A stretch of 64,000 bases of DNA, taken from contig CAXXFK010000010.1 in assembly GCA_963663965.2 (NCBI GenBank), positions 160,001-224,000 of the forward strand, read 5' to 3'. Positions within the stretch are counted from its first letter, which is position 1. Each line of letters begins with the position of its first letter. The notes under the pieces are model-generated. The model searched no databases, was not told where the DNA came from, and saw only the letters and a program-made list of their open reading frames with translations. A program made the position numbers and the translations under genes. Below, in pieces: positions 1 through 11,162 of this stretch. The DNA comes from Sedimentisphaerales bacterium (GTDB lineage: Bacteria; Planctomycetota; Phycisphaerae; Sedimentisphaerales; SM23-30).

Positions 1-113
1 GGTAACGGCAATTTAATGGCGGACAACCAAGCCTCTCCGATCAGCAATCCCAACAGACAGGCCGCCATGATCAAACCAAAAAAAACTCTTCTGGCAAGTC
101 TCGCGTCAAACAT
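1..113 (-). CDS. cdsA: Probable phosphatidate cytidylyltransferase, N-terminus only (runs off the window edge)
   Basis: ATG at 113 opens MFDARLARRVFFGLIMAACLLGLLIGEAWLSAIKLPL, a hydrophobic start, directly downstream of uppS. uppS-cdsA is a conserved gene order. The catalytic part is outside the window. Confidence 0.6.
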   Translation of the reverse strand, partial: MFDARLARRVFFGLIMAACLLGLLIGEAWLSAIKLPL

Positions 114-122
114 GGTTCAGCC

Positions 123-893
123 TTATCGTTCCGATGGATTTAATCCCCCAAAGCGACGATTCCGTTCAGCATAATTCAAGATAGCCCGATATAATTCCTG
201 ACTGTCAAAATCAGGCCAATGGGTATCGGTCACATAAAATTCCGCATAAGAAATCTGCCAGAGCAGATAATTACTAATCCGTTTTTCTCCCGAGGTCCGG
301 ATCAACAGATCCGGATCGGGCAGACCGGCGGTATCGAGCGTATCACTAATATACTCTTCAGTGATATCCTGTGGAGAAATTATTCCACGTTGCACCCTGT
401 CGACGATCTTATGAACCGCAGTCAAAATTTCGGAGCGGCCGGAATAGTTCAAAGCCAGACACAAGGTCATGCCTTTATTATCTTTACTAAGCCGGGCTGT
501 TTCCCACAATTCGTTCAGGACGAAATCGGGCAGCCCATCTTCATGACCGATATGCCTGAGCCGGATATTATTATTCATGATAGTCGGACGCTCTTCGATC
601 AGATATTTCTGATAAAGCTTCATTAATCCGGCTACTTCCTCCGGTGGCCGTTTCCAGTTTTCCGTGCTGAATGAATAAAGTGTCAAACACTCAACACCCA
701 GACGAGCGGCTTCGGTTATGGTAAACCGCACTGCTTTACTGCCGTTGCGGTGCCCTTCCAGGCGAGGTAGTCCGCGTTTTTCAGCCCATCGGCCATTTCC
801 ATCCATAATGATAGCAATATGCCGGGGCATTTGCTTCCATGGGATGCCCAGGATAGGATGTATTTCATTATTCTTGTTTGTTGTATCAGACAT
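123..893 (-). CDS. uppS: Undecaprenyl/polyprenyl diphosphate synthase (isoprenyl transferase)
   Basis: Motifs HIAIIMDGNGRWA, LYSFSTENWKRP, ALNYSGRSE, DLLIRTSGEKRISNYLLWQISYAE, RNRRFGG. Confidence 0.97.
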   Translation of the reverse strand: MSDTTNKNNEIHPILGIPWKQMPRHIAIIMDGNGRWAEKRGLPRLEGHRNGSKAVRFTITEAARLGVECLTLYSFSTENWKRPPEEVAGLMKLYQKYLIEERPTIMNNNIRLRHIGHEDGLPDFVLNELWETARLSKDNKGMTLCLALNYSGRSEILTAVHKIVDRVQRGIISPQDITEEYISDTLDTAGLPDPDLLIRTSGEKRISNYLLWQISYAEFYVTDTHWPDFDSQELYRAILNYAERNRRFGGLNPSER

Positions 894-929
894 TATTTAT
901 TTATAACTCCGTAAGCAATGATCCAGACA

Positions 930-2228
<1,299 letters not shown>

Positions 2229-2285
2229 CTAAGCCGGAGTTTCTATCGTCTTATCGTTAAAGTCGTTATCCAAAAAACAGGGGGT

Positions 2286-2314
2286 ACTTTACACAATTTG
2301 ACCAGAAAGGTCAA
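2286..2314 (-). promoter_or_regulatory. Putative sigma70 promoter for purA-uppS-cdsA, with a dyad overlapping the -35
   Basis: Minus strand TTGACC-17 nt-TAAAGT with TG before the -10. The -35 is one arm of the dyad TTGACC-N5-GGTCAA (2298-2314). Confidence 0.55.
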
Positions 2315-2824
2315 CTTTTTATTGTGAAAGCTGAAGGTATGGGCAGATTTACCCATGCTCTCTGATTAAATGCTGACCGATTAACCGCCGGTATAACCGA
2401 CAAGTTAAGTAAATTGTGAAAATTGGGTTCGTTCGGTATCAGTACATATCTCTTTGATTTGAAAGGACTATTGCGCAAATTGTTAATCATTCAGTTAACA
2501 TTGGCTTCGTTTCGACCAGATACAACTACGAGCAGGTTAACCCAGGTTGAATCGCACTCAATGGTACTGAAGATGAATCCGAAGGCTATTTATGAGTACT
2601 CTGTATTGTAGCAACAAAATCGAGCCTTAATGGGCCGCCCAGATGCCTATAAAAAAATTACGACATAACTAATTACAATAGAATATGTTACACTTATTTT
2701 GCGAGTTATCATTATATCAGATAAGATCCCTGAAAAAATTCAGACGGTTTAATATAGATAAGTGATTATTATAAAATGCGTTATTTAATAATCAGTCTGA
2801 CAAGACCCCATTGTCATTTTCAGA

Positions 2825-3694
2825 TCAATTATCGATCAGCCAATAATAACTAAGCCAGAATAAATCTTCTGAATCCACCTGACCGGAATGATTAATATCG
2901 GCCCTGCCACATGCGGTATTGGGATCACATGCGGTATTATTCCAACGGGAGGATAATGAATTAAAGTCTCCGATATTGATCGCTCCATCGGTATTGATGT
3001 CGGCGGGATGATCGATCTGGTGCAAGATCACTCTGATCTGCTGAACCCCGTTAGCCATATTGTCACCGCCAAAATCATCGAAAATGCCACCCACGGCATG
3101 TTGCAGGATGACTTTGACCGGTTCGCCTGTGATCGCCGTTATCATGCCTTTATTAAACCCGAAATGCCCATCTTCATAATTGTAACCGGTTTCAATGGCA
3201 GAAAACGGGCCCTGAATATCCAGTTTCCAGGCAGTATCTCCCCCGACGATATTATTAATCGGAAATATGACTTCGTATTCGATCCCGCAAATGGCGCCAT
3301 TGGGATCATGGGTTGCGACATAATTGGCATCGATAACTGTATAAGCTTCCTGATAAAAGTAATCGGCCAGAAAATACCAGTCTTTTTTCTGAAAAGAAGC
3401 GGTTAATTTCGAATCAATGAATATATCACCATCGTTATTTGAAGAGGTCTGGCTGCCAATACTTCCAGTGGTCATTACCGTACCAATGATATTCGAAGTA
3501 TCGTAGGCATGCGCGGAAGCCACTGCATTCTGATTAACCTGAGTCGCTGTTGAAACATCAATATAATCCGGGGCCACAACTGAAGTACATTCAGCGGACG
3601 CGGTCCAGCGTAACATGGCAGATTGAGCATTACCAACTAATAATAGCGATGCGACAATCAATAGTATTCCGTCTAATTTCAATTTCCGAACCAC
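2825..3694 (-). CDS. Secreted hypothetical protein with C-terminal dockerin-like (two EF-hand-like) domain
   Basis: GTG start after GAGGAGG, signal peptide, C-terminal ADINTDGAINIGDF...W...C...C.RADINHSGQVDSEDL...YWL. Confidence 0.8.
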   Translation of the reverse strand: MVRKLKLDGILLIVASLLLVGNAQSAMLRWTASAECTSVVAPDYIDVSTATQVNQNAVASAHAYDTSNIIGTVMTTGSIGSQTSSNNDGDIFIDSKLTASFQKKDWYFLADYFYQEAYTVIDANYVATHDPNGAICGIEYEVIFPINNIVGGDTAWKLDIQGPFSAIETGYNYEDGHFGFNKGMITAITGEPVKVILQHAVGGIFDDFGGDNMANGVQQIRVILHQIDHPADINTDGAINIGDFNSLSSRWNNTACDPNTACGRADINHSGQVDSEDLFWLSYYWLIDN

Positions 3695-3892
3695 AATATA
3701 CCTCCTCGTCTATTAATCACCTTACATCAATAAGATTATCATTTCCTGGATATAGTCATACGGCATGAACGTTTATTTTAATCGGTCCAAACCGGTTATG
3801 CAAGAAATTTATCCTAAATCAACCGCATGCCCCATCTTGCCCATTTTAACACCATAAAACACAAGTAAGACCGTGATATAAACGATGGCCGA

Positions 3893-5341
3893 TCAGTAAT
3901 AATCAATAACTAATTTTACAATATTATCAATATCCCGGTTTGATCCGGGTGGGTCCTGAGTCAGTATAGAGAACGCCAGTTTTTTCCCTGTCTGGCTTAG
4001 ACAATAGCCCGACAGGGCATTGGTGCCATTAATATATCCTGTTTTCGCGAAAACTCTATCGGCATACCGATCCTCGCTGAAACGATCTTTTTTACTGAGC
4101 GTCCCATTTTCCGCGGTCGCCAGGGATTCACGAAATACGGCGGCATAGGCGCTTTTATCCATATAATGCAACAGCATCGCCATGGCACGGGCGGAAATTC
4201 TATTTTCATGACTTAAACCGCTGCCATCATCCACCACCAGATTATCCGTATTCAGATGAATCCGTTTCAAGAAAGCAATCACGGCTTTGCGGCCCGATTC
4301 CCAGGAACCATCCCTGTGTGTTTTATTCGTGTGGGCGCCAATTGTTTTCATCAGGCATTCCGCCACCAGATTCAAGCTGCGCTGGTTACTCTCGCGCAGC
4401 ACATCCTGGATCGGGGTTCGAATATTCAGTATTGTATTAAATCCCGCAGGCAGTTGATTTTGATCTTCCAATATCCTCTTTATTACGAGTACCCCCTCAA
4501 TGGTAATTCCCTGTTGATGGAGATATTCAGCCAAGGTATAACCGTGAAAGGCACTTGGATTATCAATGGTCGCAGAAACAGGTTTTTCCAGTTCCACTCC
4601 GCAAGTCCCGATCAATGTCATTTCATTGGTATTATGCGAGCGTAAAACTCCAACAGCCGTTTTACGATTTGAAGCCACCGTCTTGCATTTATTGTTAACC
4701 GTAATGAATTTTGTGTCTGGCAGACAGGTAAATTGCGCCATATCACCTGGGGCGGCGCCCGGTTTAAATGAAATATCGATGCAATTATCATTAAAACACA
4801 ATCCTGATATCTGGGCCGTGTACCAGTTATTTTCCTGCTCGACCGGCCAGGATGGGTGAAATCGCTCATTATCAAACACAAAATCGTCAATCAGAAGGTT
4901 TCCGGATATTTTTTCGATATTATTTTTCCTGAGCGCCTCGCAGACCTGGCGATAGCCATCAAAGATATTAACCCCCTTTCGCTGAGCGACCACCGGATCT
5001 CCCAGGAGAGGATCCCCTCCGGCAATTATGCATAAATCCCCATCGAACAGACCGTAAATGGTTTCAAAGTGATAATCAGGTCCCAGAACGTCCAAAGCCG
5101 TGGCCGTGGTGATTAACTTCATGTTGCTGGCAGGTTTCTGTGGGCGGTCGGCATTGTATTCAAAAACACAATGCCGATTTTCAATATCGTAGAAAAAAAT
5201 GGAATAATGAACTTTGGCATTATACCCCTTATTCAGGGTTGCCTTGATTCGTTCAGACAAAGTCTGACCGGATAAAAACCATGGATTCAGACCTATTGCC
5301 AGGACAATATAAAGGGGGAGTTGAAATCTCTTCATCTTCAT
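3893..5341 (-). CDS. dacB: D-alanyl-D-alanine carboxypeptidase/endopeptidase (PBP4, peptidase S13)
   Basis: SxxK (PASNMK), GGDPLL, SxN (RSLN), DDGSGLS, KTG (AKTGYING) and LSGY motifs; signal peptide. Confidence 0.93.
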   Translation of the reverse strand: MKMKRFQLPLYIVLAIGLNPWFLSGQTLSERIKATLNKGYNAKVHYSIFFYDIENRHCVFEYNADRPQKPASNMKLITTATALDVLGPDYHFETIYGLFDGDLCIIAGGDPLLGDPVVAQRKGVNIFDGYRQVCEALRKNNIEKISGNLLIDDFVFDNERFHPSWPVEQENNWYTAQISGLCFNDNCIDISFKPGAAPGDMAQFTCLPDTKFITVNNKCKTVASNRKTAVGVLRSHNTNEMTLIGTCGVELEKPVSATIDNPSAFHGYTLAEYLHQQGITIEGVLVIKRILEDQNQLPAGFNTILNIRTPIQDVLRESNQRSLNLVAECLMKTIGAHTNKTHRDGSWESGRKAVIAFLKRIHLNTDNLVVDDGSGLSHENRISARAMAMLLHYMDKSAYAAVFRESLATAENGTLSKKDRFSEDRYADRVFAKTGYINGTNALSGYCLSQTGKKLAFSILTQDPPGSNRDIDNIVKLVIDYY

Positions 5342-5547
5342 TCACAAATTCATACGCATGCCCGTTCTATGACGACCTTTGCAGTCCCGGGGAGAGGCAT
5401 GCCATAACTATTTATACAAAAAGACGTTACAATCATCATTATTCAACGGTTATTTAGCGAGCACTACTATAACACATGACGAAATTAATGAAAAGCGTAA
5501 AAAAGGGAGATTCCATCTATTAGTTTTCCGAGAAAGCAAAGAAATAA

Positions 5548-5576
5548 TTGACTCAAAGATAATCAACCATTATCCT
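5548..5576 (+). promoter_or_regulatory. Putative sigma70 promoter for the 5620/6035 genes
   Basis: TTGACT-17 nt-TATCCT ending 43 nt upstream of ATG 5620. Confidence 0.5.
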
Positions 5577-5619
5577 TAATGCGAATTCATTATAATCTTA
5601 ACTATCAAACAGAGTTCTA

Positions 5620-6021
5620 ATGACTGATCCCAAACATTCTGGAAATCCGATACATGTTTATCTGGCCGGCCTGCTGGCCTGGTTGATTCCCGGCGCCGGG
5701 CACTGGTATCTCGGCCAGAGAAATCGCGGGATAGCGATTTTTGCGGCGATGATGACCACCTATCTGCTGGGGCTATATGTCGGCGGCCTGGAACTCATCG
5801 ATCCAACCAATGCCCGGATATGGTACTTTGCCCAGATACTCGCAGGACTGCCAACCATACTGGCCACCATCCTTCAGGACTCCAATGTCAAACTGGGCGT
5901 TGGCAAGGGAATCGATGTCGGCCAGGTCTATACCGGGATAGTCGGATTGCTAAACCTGCTGTGTATACTCCATATATTATTTCCCACCCAGTCATCAGAA
6001 ACCGATGATACGCACTCCTGA
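5620..6021 (+). CDS. Small integral membrane protein (DUF6677-like)
   Basis: LAWLIPGAGHWYLG motif, three hydrophobic segments, GQVYTGIVGLLNLL motif recalled from planctomycete membrane proteins. Confidence 0.7.
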   Translation: MTDPKHSGNPIHVYLAGLLAWLIPGAGHWYLGQRNRGIAIFAAMMTTYLLGLYVGGLELIDPTNARIWYFAQILAGLPTILATILQDSNVKLGVGKGIDVGQVYTGIVGLLNLLCILHILFPTQSSETDDTHS

Positions 6022-6034
6022 TTGAGACCGATCC

Positions 6035-6292
6035 ATGAATATCTGGATAGTGACAAATCTGCTCGCCTCATTCTCAACGCCGATGGATATCCATACGACT
6101 CCCTGGGATTTGCTCTGGGCTATTCCCATCTGTATCTGCATTGCGGCTGTCTATAAAGCTGTCAAGCTGGACAAATTCGAAACCCGGAATTATCTTCGCG
6201 AGGTTGTGTTTCTATCAATGACGCTGGTGGGATTTTTAATTTTATCAGCCATTGTTCTGGTCATAGTTGCCAAGCTGGTCCGGCAACTTTAG
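6035..6292 (+). CDS. Small hypothetical membrane protein
   Basis: 85 aa, two TM segments (PICICIAAVYKAVK...), 13 bp after the previous gene. Confidence 0.7.
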   Translation: MNIWIVTNLLASFSTPMDIHTTPWDLLWAIPICICIAAVYKAVKLDKFETRNYLREVVFLSMTLVGFLILSAIVLVIVAKLVRQL

Positions 6293-6406
6293 GGTTATAC
6301 CCATCGGGCAAGGAAATGTCCGATCGCTCGCAAGCTAAGTTTTTACTTGTAAAAGACTTATTTCACCGCCATGCGGGCATGATCAATCGTTAATGGTATC
6401 CACTGT

Positions 6407-7261
6407 TTACTTGCCAGAGGGGCCGGTCAACACTGCTTTCATTTTAGTGAATTCGTTGGTCGGAACCATGACCGCTTCAGGAGCGTAACCCGGATATTTT
6501 TTGGCGATCAGTTTTTTTACTTCATTAATGCGATTTGTGGTTAAGGGGTGGGTCATGAAGAGTTCAGCCAGTTTGCCCGATTCTTGCTGCCCCAGCGCCA
6601 GCAACGCCTCCAGCAATTCAACCATACCCCAGGGATTATAGCCAGCCCGTTCGAGATATTTAACCCCAACGGAATCCGCTTCATATTCCTGATCCCGGCT
6701 GTATCGCAACTGAACCATGGCCATTGTCATTTCAGAAACCGCCTGAGCAGTTTCATGATACTTTTTATCCTTGGTCGCCATGCCAGCGACTTCCAGCAAT
6801 ATAGAAATCCCCAGTTGGCGCTGAAGAGTATTGACACTGTGCATCGCAGCCACATGCCCAATTTCATGTCCCAGAACCGCGGCCAACTGCCGCTCATTTT
6901 CCATGATCCCGAACAATCCGGCCGTCACATACACTTTTCCGCCGGGCAAAGCGAAGGCATTGGGGACACTGGAATTGAGCAGTGCGAATTCATAAGGCAT
7001 ATCCCGATCCGACTGACGCGCGATTTGTGAACCCACCCGCTTGACATATTCCTGGAGAGTGGCATTGGGATGAAGTCCGTCAAACTCTTTTTCGAATTCC
7101 GCAGCCATTTCCTGCCCCATGGCAACTTCCTGATCTTTGGAAATTAAGGCAAACTGCCGCTGGCCGGTAACGGGATTATCCATACACCCGGTAAGATAAC
7201 TGACCAGTAAAATTCCAAAAATACCATTAAGCATTAAATTTTTCATGATTGTTTTCCTCAT
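6407..7261 (-). CDS. M48 family zinc metallopeptidase lipoprotein (BepA/YfgC-like); true start probably MKNLML at 7246
   Basis: Lipobox LTGC, NPVTGQRQF, NAFALPGG, HEIGH (HExxH), YSRDQEYEAD, THP. Confidence 0.9.
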   Translation of the reverse strand: MRKTIMKNLMLNGIFGILLVSYLTGCMDNPVTGQRQFALISKDQEVAMGQEMAAEFEKEFDGLHPNATLQEYVKRVGSQIARQSDRDMPYEFALLNSSVPNAFALPGGKVYVTAGLFGIMENERQLAAVLGHEIGHVAAMHSVNTLQRQLGISILLEVAGMATKDKKYHETAQAVSEMTMAMVQLRYSRDQEYEADSVGVKYLERAGYNPWGMVELLEALLALGQQESGKLAELFMTHPLTTNRINEVKKLIAKKYPGYAPEAVMVPTNEFTKMKAVLTGPSGK

Positions 7262-8711
7262 TAATAATTGCTGACAACGATAATTTGTCCAGAGTATCGC
7301 CCATTTGACGCAATACCCGTTTAATTAATGCCTGAATTTCTTCCGTATTACAATGGGCGGTTTGATCGAAATAATTCCGGTTGATTTCCAGAACATCACC
7401 CAGAGGGATCTGTTCAGCCGGCCGGGCAAGCACAAAGGCCAAACGGGTCTCGGCTCCTACTGCACATATTACCCGATTATCAGCCAGACGATCAATCAGA
7501 TTCTGGACAGAATCGTAGGGTAAATCCAATTCAGAACAGATATGATCAAACGGAACCGGCCCTTTCCCCGCCAGATAGGGCCGGGCAATAATCAACGCAG
7601 CCGCCAAAGAGTCCAGCGGGCTCAGATGAATGCGCGCGGCGATTTCGGCCGATTGCATTCGCTTCAGGTTTGAGGCGGTATGTGACAACTCCGCGCCAAA
7701 CAGAAAGATCGTCCAGGAAATATTTAACCACATCAGGAATATCGGCAAAAGCCCCAATGTACCATATAAACTGCCCGTTCTAACGAAATACTGGACATAC
7801 AGAACAAACAGCCACTTCCCGACCAACCAAAGCGGGTAAGCAACCAGAGCCCCACCCAACGCGGAGCGGAGGCTTACCCGGGTATTGGGTAACAGGCAAT
7901 ATAGGGCGGCCAGGGTAATCACGCCAACAACGATTGGCCCGATCCAGCCCAGCAGTCTCAACATACTCGATAGCACGGTAACCGATTCGATCGCGTTAAG
8001 TATTTTTTCTTCCAGAAAGATCGTGACGAACATAATAACCGGCACTAATGTCAGCACCGACCAGTACAACATAATCCTGCGGACCAGGGCGCGTGACTGC
8101 GGCGCCCGATAGATCCGGTTCAAGGATCTTTCAATGGTCGTAATCAAAGTAATGGCTGTCCATATCAATAATATAAACCCTATAGGGCCCAAACGCTGAA
8201 AAGTCAATTTCTGATCAACCCGATCCACTAATTTCATTATCTCATCAATCAGGTTGTTGTCGGCCATTTCAGCCGACGCAGATGAAATCAGTACATTGTC
8301 TTCAGTCTGTTTTTCCATCTCACTATTAATGGAATTATCACCAACGGCATGTTCTTCAATAACGGGGTTCGAACCCACTTCATCTGACCGAATAGAAATT
8401 TTTTCGCTGATACCAGCCCGATTCAGATTCAATCGAATGAATTCCCGGCTTTCTTCGGGTGAAACCACAACGCGCAAGATCATCAATGACAATACCAGAA
8501 TCGGAACCAGAGCAAAGATGGTCCGGAATGAGAGAGCCGCGCTCATGGCCATGGAATTGTTTTCCCGGAGACGACGACCACAAAAACGCCAGAGCTGGAC
8601 TTGATAGCGAATCAAGCCGGCCCAGTAATTGATTTCCTGTCCGGGCGCCAGAAAGACATTTTCAATACGTGTTTTCAGACGATTTATCAGCTGCTGGATA
8701 TAATTGGGCAA
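7227..8711 (-). CDS. YihY/virulence factor BrkB family membrane protein with C-terminal Rrf2-like wHTH
   Basis: AALSFRTIFALVP, IERSLNRIY, LYGTLGLLPIFLMWLNISWTIFLFGAEL, C-terminal LARPAEQIPLGDVL. Confidence 0.85.
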   Translation of the reverse strand: MPNYIQQLINRLKTRIENVFLAPGQEINYWAGLIRYQVQLWRFCGRRLRENNSMAMSAALSFRTIFALVPILVLSLMILRVVVSPEESREFIRLNLNRAGISEKISIRSDEVGSNPVIEEHAVGDNSINSEMEKQTEDNVLISSASAEMADNNLIDEIMKLVDRVDQKLTFQRLGPIGFILLIWTAITLITTIERSLNRIYRAPQSRALVRRIMLYWSVLTLVPVIMFVTIFLEEKILNAIESVTVLSSMLRLLGWIGPIVVGVITLAALYCLLPNTRVSLRSALGGALVAYPLWLVGKWLFVLYVQYFVRTGSLYGTLGLLPIFLMWLNISWTIFLFGAELSHTASNLKRMQSAEIAARIHLSPLDSLAAALIIARPYLAGKGPVPFDHICSELDLPYDSVQNLIDRLADNRVICAVGAETRLAFVLARPAEQIPLGDVLEINRNYFDQTAHCNTEEIQALIKRVLRQMGDTLDKLSLSAIINEENNHEKFNA

Positions 8712-8723
8712 ACGAATACTCCA

Positions 8724-10841
8724 TTATTTTTTCTTTAAAAAATCGTACAGGATATCAATAACAACATCTTCCACCTTGGCCGGTTTCTGGTCCTTATTTG
8801 ATGAATCATCGGAAGACTGGCCAGAGGAAGGTTTCGTTTTATCTGATTCTTTTGTCCCATCCTGAGCCTTATCCTGCTTCAGGTCATCAGGAAGATTTTT
8901 ACGAATGATATCCCGAATCAGTTGGTCGGATTGTTTCTGGATAATACTGCGGCCGGTTTGCTCAATCAGTTTTTGAATATTGATCGCCGCCAGATCGAGT
9001 TTGGGCTCCTTGCGCGTTCCACGAACAGGAATGACAATATCGGTTTGCTGTAACGCAGTCAAATATTCCCGATATTCTCCTTTGATTCCCATTCGCCGCA
9101 ACAATCCTTCCGTCACCGGCATGGCCATTTTCAGATCAATTTTGTCATCCAAACCAACCGATCCGGAAAATTTCAGTTGGATATCTTTATTCAGATGAAC
9201 CGCCATGTTGTCGTAATTCACCTTGCCGTCAGTGACCTGAAAGGCCAGAGGATCGATATTGATCTCTTTCAGGGAATCCACCCCGGTCAGATTGAGAATC
9301 TCCAGCAGCAAACCTTTTGGGACAATCTGAAGATTATCCAGACTCAACTGGCCGGAAGTCGCCAAGGCTTGCAAAATTTTGTCATTAAAGGGCACAAAAA
9401 TATTATTGACCCTAAGATTGACCTTTCCACCAATTTCCGCAACCTGAGTAAATAAAGGATTGATATAGCTTAATAATTTCCAGCTTAATTCATAGTTCAA
9501 AGGATAATTCTGAAGGACAAACAACGGCTGGTCTAACCGGAAGGCTGAAGGCGTTTTGCTCATATCGACCATACCGGCCAGTTGCAGAACCCCGTCATTC
9601 ACCTTCACTGTGGCCGGCCTGATTAATATACTGTTGTTATCCAGCATGGGAAAGAGTTCCAACCTGCCGGCTTGCTGGCCGTAGATACTGGCGCTGTCCC
9701 AGCCCAGACCCATCCGGGCCGTTAAATGTGAGAGATCCGCTTTTTCTTCGGCCAGGTTAATCGGACCGACCAGGCTGATATCCCCCTGACTACTACCCAG
9801 GAACTGGATATTTTTCGCCAGATCCGGAGCGAAGGTATTCAGTATGACTTCCATTTCCTGCCAATCAGAACGATAACTGCCATCCAAGGATAAATCGATT
9901 TTATTTTTGGCGGCCTCGACTTTGCCGGCCAGATCGAGAGTCAACAGTTGCGAGTCCAATTCCAGAGAGTCAACGATAACGGTATTGAGAACCGGATTCA
10001 GCGCCCCATCACAGGATAATATGATTCGCTTTTGTTCGATGGTCTTTTTATCCAGTTGAGCCACTGCATCATTCAGCTCCAACTGACCTTTGAGGGCAAT
10101 ATCTTTCCAACCGACACCAATGGTTCCGTTCCATTTGAATCCTGTGGAAATATGCTTTTCCGGCTGGGCGAGATCCAGTTTACCCGCAATTTCAGACAGG
10201 AGATTTCCCTCTTTTAATTCCAGGGTCGCATTAAGATCCTCTAACCGTGTGGATTCAGTAACAACGCTATTCTCACCCAGGCTTTCTATCCTACACCGGC
10301 CATCGGTAATCATGCAACGCAAATGATACTTGTCTAAACCTGCCTGCCAATCGGTTCCTTCAGCAGAATCAGTGCCAACCGGAGAAGCGGGCTTATTTTT
10401 ATCGGACGACTCCCCCCTGGATTCCGAACGAATATAAACATCGGGTGAATTGACTTCAAACGTACCCAAATCCTGACGGGATATCAACAAATGAAGTAAT
10501 CCCACCGTCGTTTTAATCTGATCGACCTTAAACAGTTCATAGCCATTCGAGTCTTTGACAAGTAGTTTATCCAGTAGACATGGCCCTCCCCATGAGACAT
10601 TCAGGCGGCCCAGTTCGATGTTACCCTCGTATTTTTCATTGGCAATAGCCAGGATTTTTTGACGGGCCATTTCTGACGAAAGAAACGCCGGCAAGAAAAT
10701 GCCCACTAAAACCAGGGTCAATAACAGGAATAGAAATATCCATCGCCCAATTCTTTTTTTTCTTTTTTTGGGCTGCCCATATATTCCCAGAGCATCCCGT
10801 TCTTCTAAATTCACAGTGTCGCGATTATGATTATCCGACAT
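8724..10841 (-). CDS. AsmA/DUF748-like membrane-anchored protein
   Basis: Single N-terminal TM after a basic stretch, long beta-rich body, C-terminal FSGSVGLDDKIDL...IPVRGTRKEPKLD typical of AsmA C-termini. Confidence 0.65.
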   Translation of the reverse strand: MSDNHNRDTVNLEERDALGIYGQPKKRKKRIGRWIFLFLLLTLVLVGIFLPAFLSSEMARQKILAIANEKYEGNIELGRLNVSWGGPCLLDKLLVKDSNGYELFKVDQIKTTVGLLHLLISRQDLGTFEVNSPDVYIRSESRGESSDKNKPASPVGTDSAEGTDWQAGLDKYHLRCMITDGRCRIESLGENSVVTESTRLEDLNATLELKEGNLLSEIAGKLDLAQPEKHISTGFKWNGTIGVGWKDIALKGQLELNDAVAQLDKKTIEQKRIILSCDGALNPVLNTVIVDSLELDSQLLTLDLAGKVEAAKNKIDLSLDGSYRSDWQEMEVILNTFAPDLAKNIQFLGSSQGDISLVGPINLAEEKADLSHLTARMGLGWDSASIYGQQAGRLELFPMLDNNSILIRPATVKVNDGVLQLAGMVDMSKTPSAFRLDQPLFVLQNYPLNYELSWKLLSYINPLFTQVAEIGGKVNLRVNNIFVPFNDKILQALATSGQLSLDNLQIVPKGLLLEILNLTGVDSLKEINIDPLAFQVTDGKVNYDNMAVHLNKDIQLKFSGSVGLDDKIDLKMAMPVTEGLLRRMGIKGEYREYLTALQQTDIVIPVRGTRKEPKLDLAAINIQKLIEQTGRSIIQKQSDQLIRDIIRKNLPDDLKQDKAQDGTKESDKTKPSSGQSSDDSSNKDQKPAKVEDVVIDILYDFLKKK

Positions 10842-11162
10842 GATATATTTATCCTTATTATCCAGGGATTATTAATGCTACTACGTTAATATCGTTACGG
10901 GTTATCGAACAATAACAAGGAAAAATTTTGTTTAATGATTTAAATCCCAAAATATGGATTCTGAAATCGAACGATAATATTGCTTTATCCATTTGTCAAT
11001 AAGATAGTTACAAATTCATTACTTGCAATTTTGACTAGTTTATCCATCTTACTGGTTTTCTGATTAACTCCCCATCTCCTAACCCCGATATTGCAGATAG
11101 TCAAAGAGAGAGTGAGTTGGAATCCATTTCCACAATTGAAACGTTAGTACTGTCCGGGTTCG

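Noticed and set aside
2423..2611. 62-aa ORF upstream of purA
   Set aside because: TTG start inside a repeat-like box, with no RBS or recognisable homology; treated as non-coding.
10750..10769. Poly-T tracts as a slippage site or terminator
   Set aside because: They encode the basic KKRKKR stretch before the TM helix of the AsmA-like protein, and the frame is intact.
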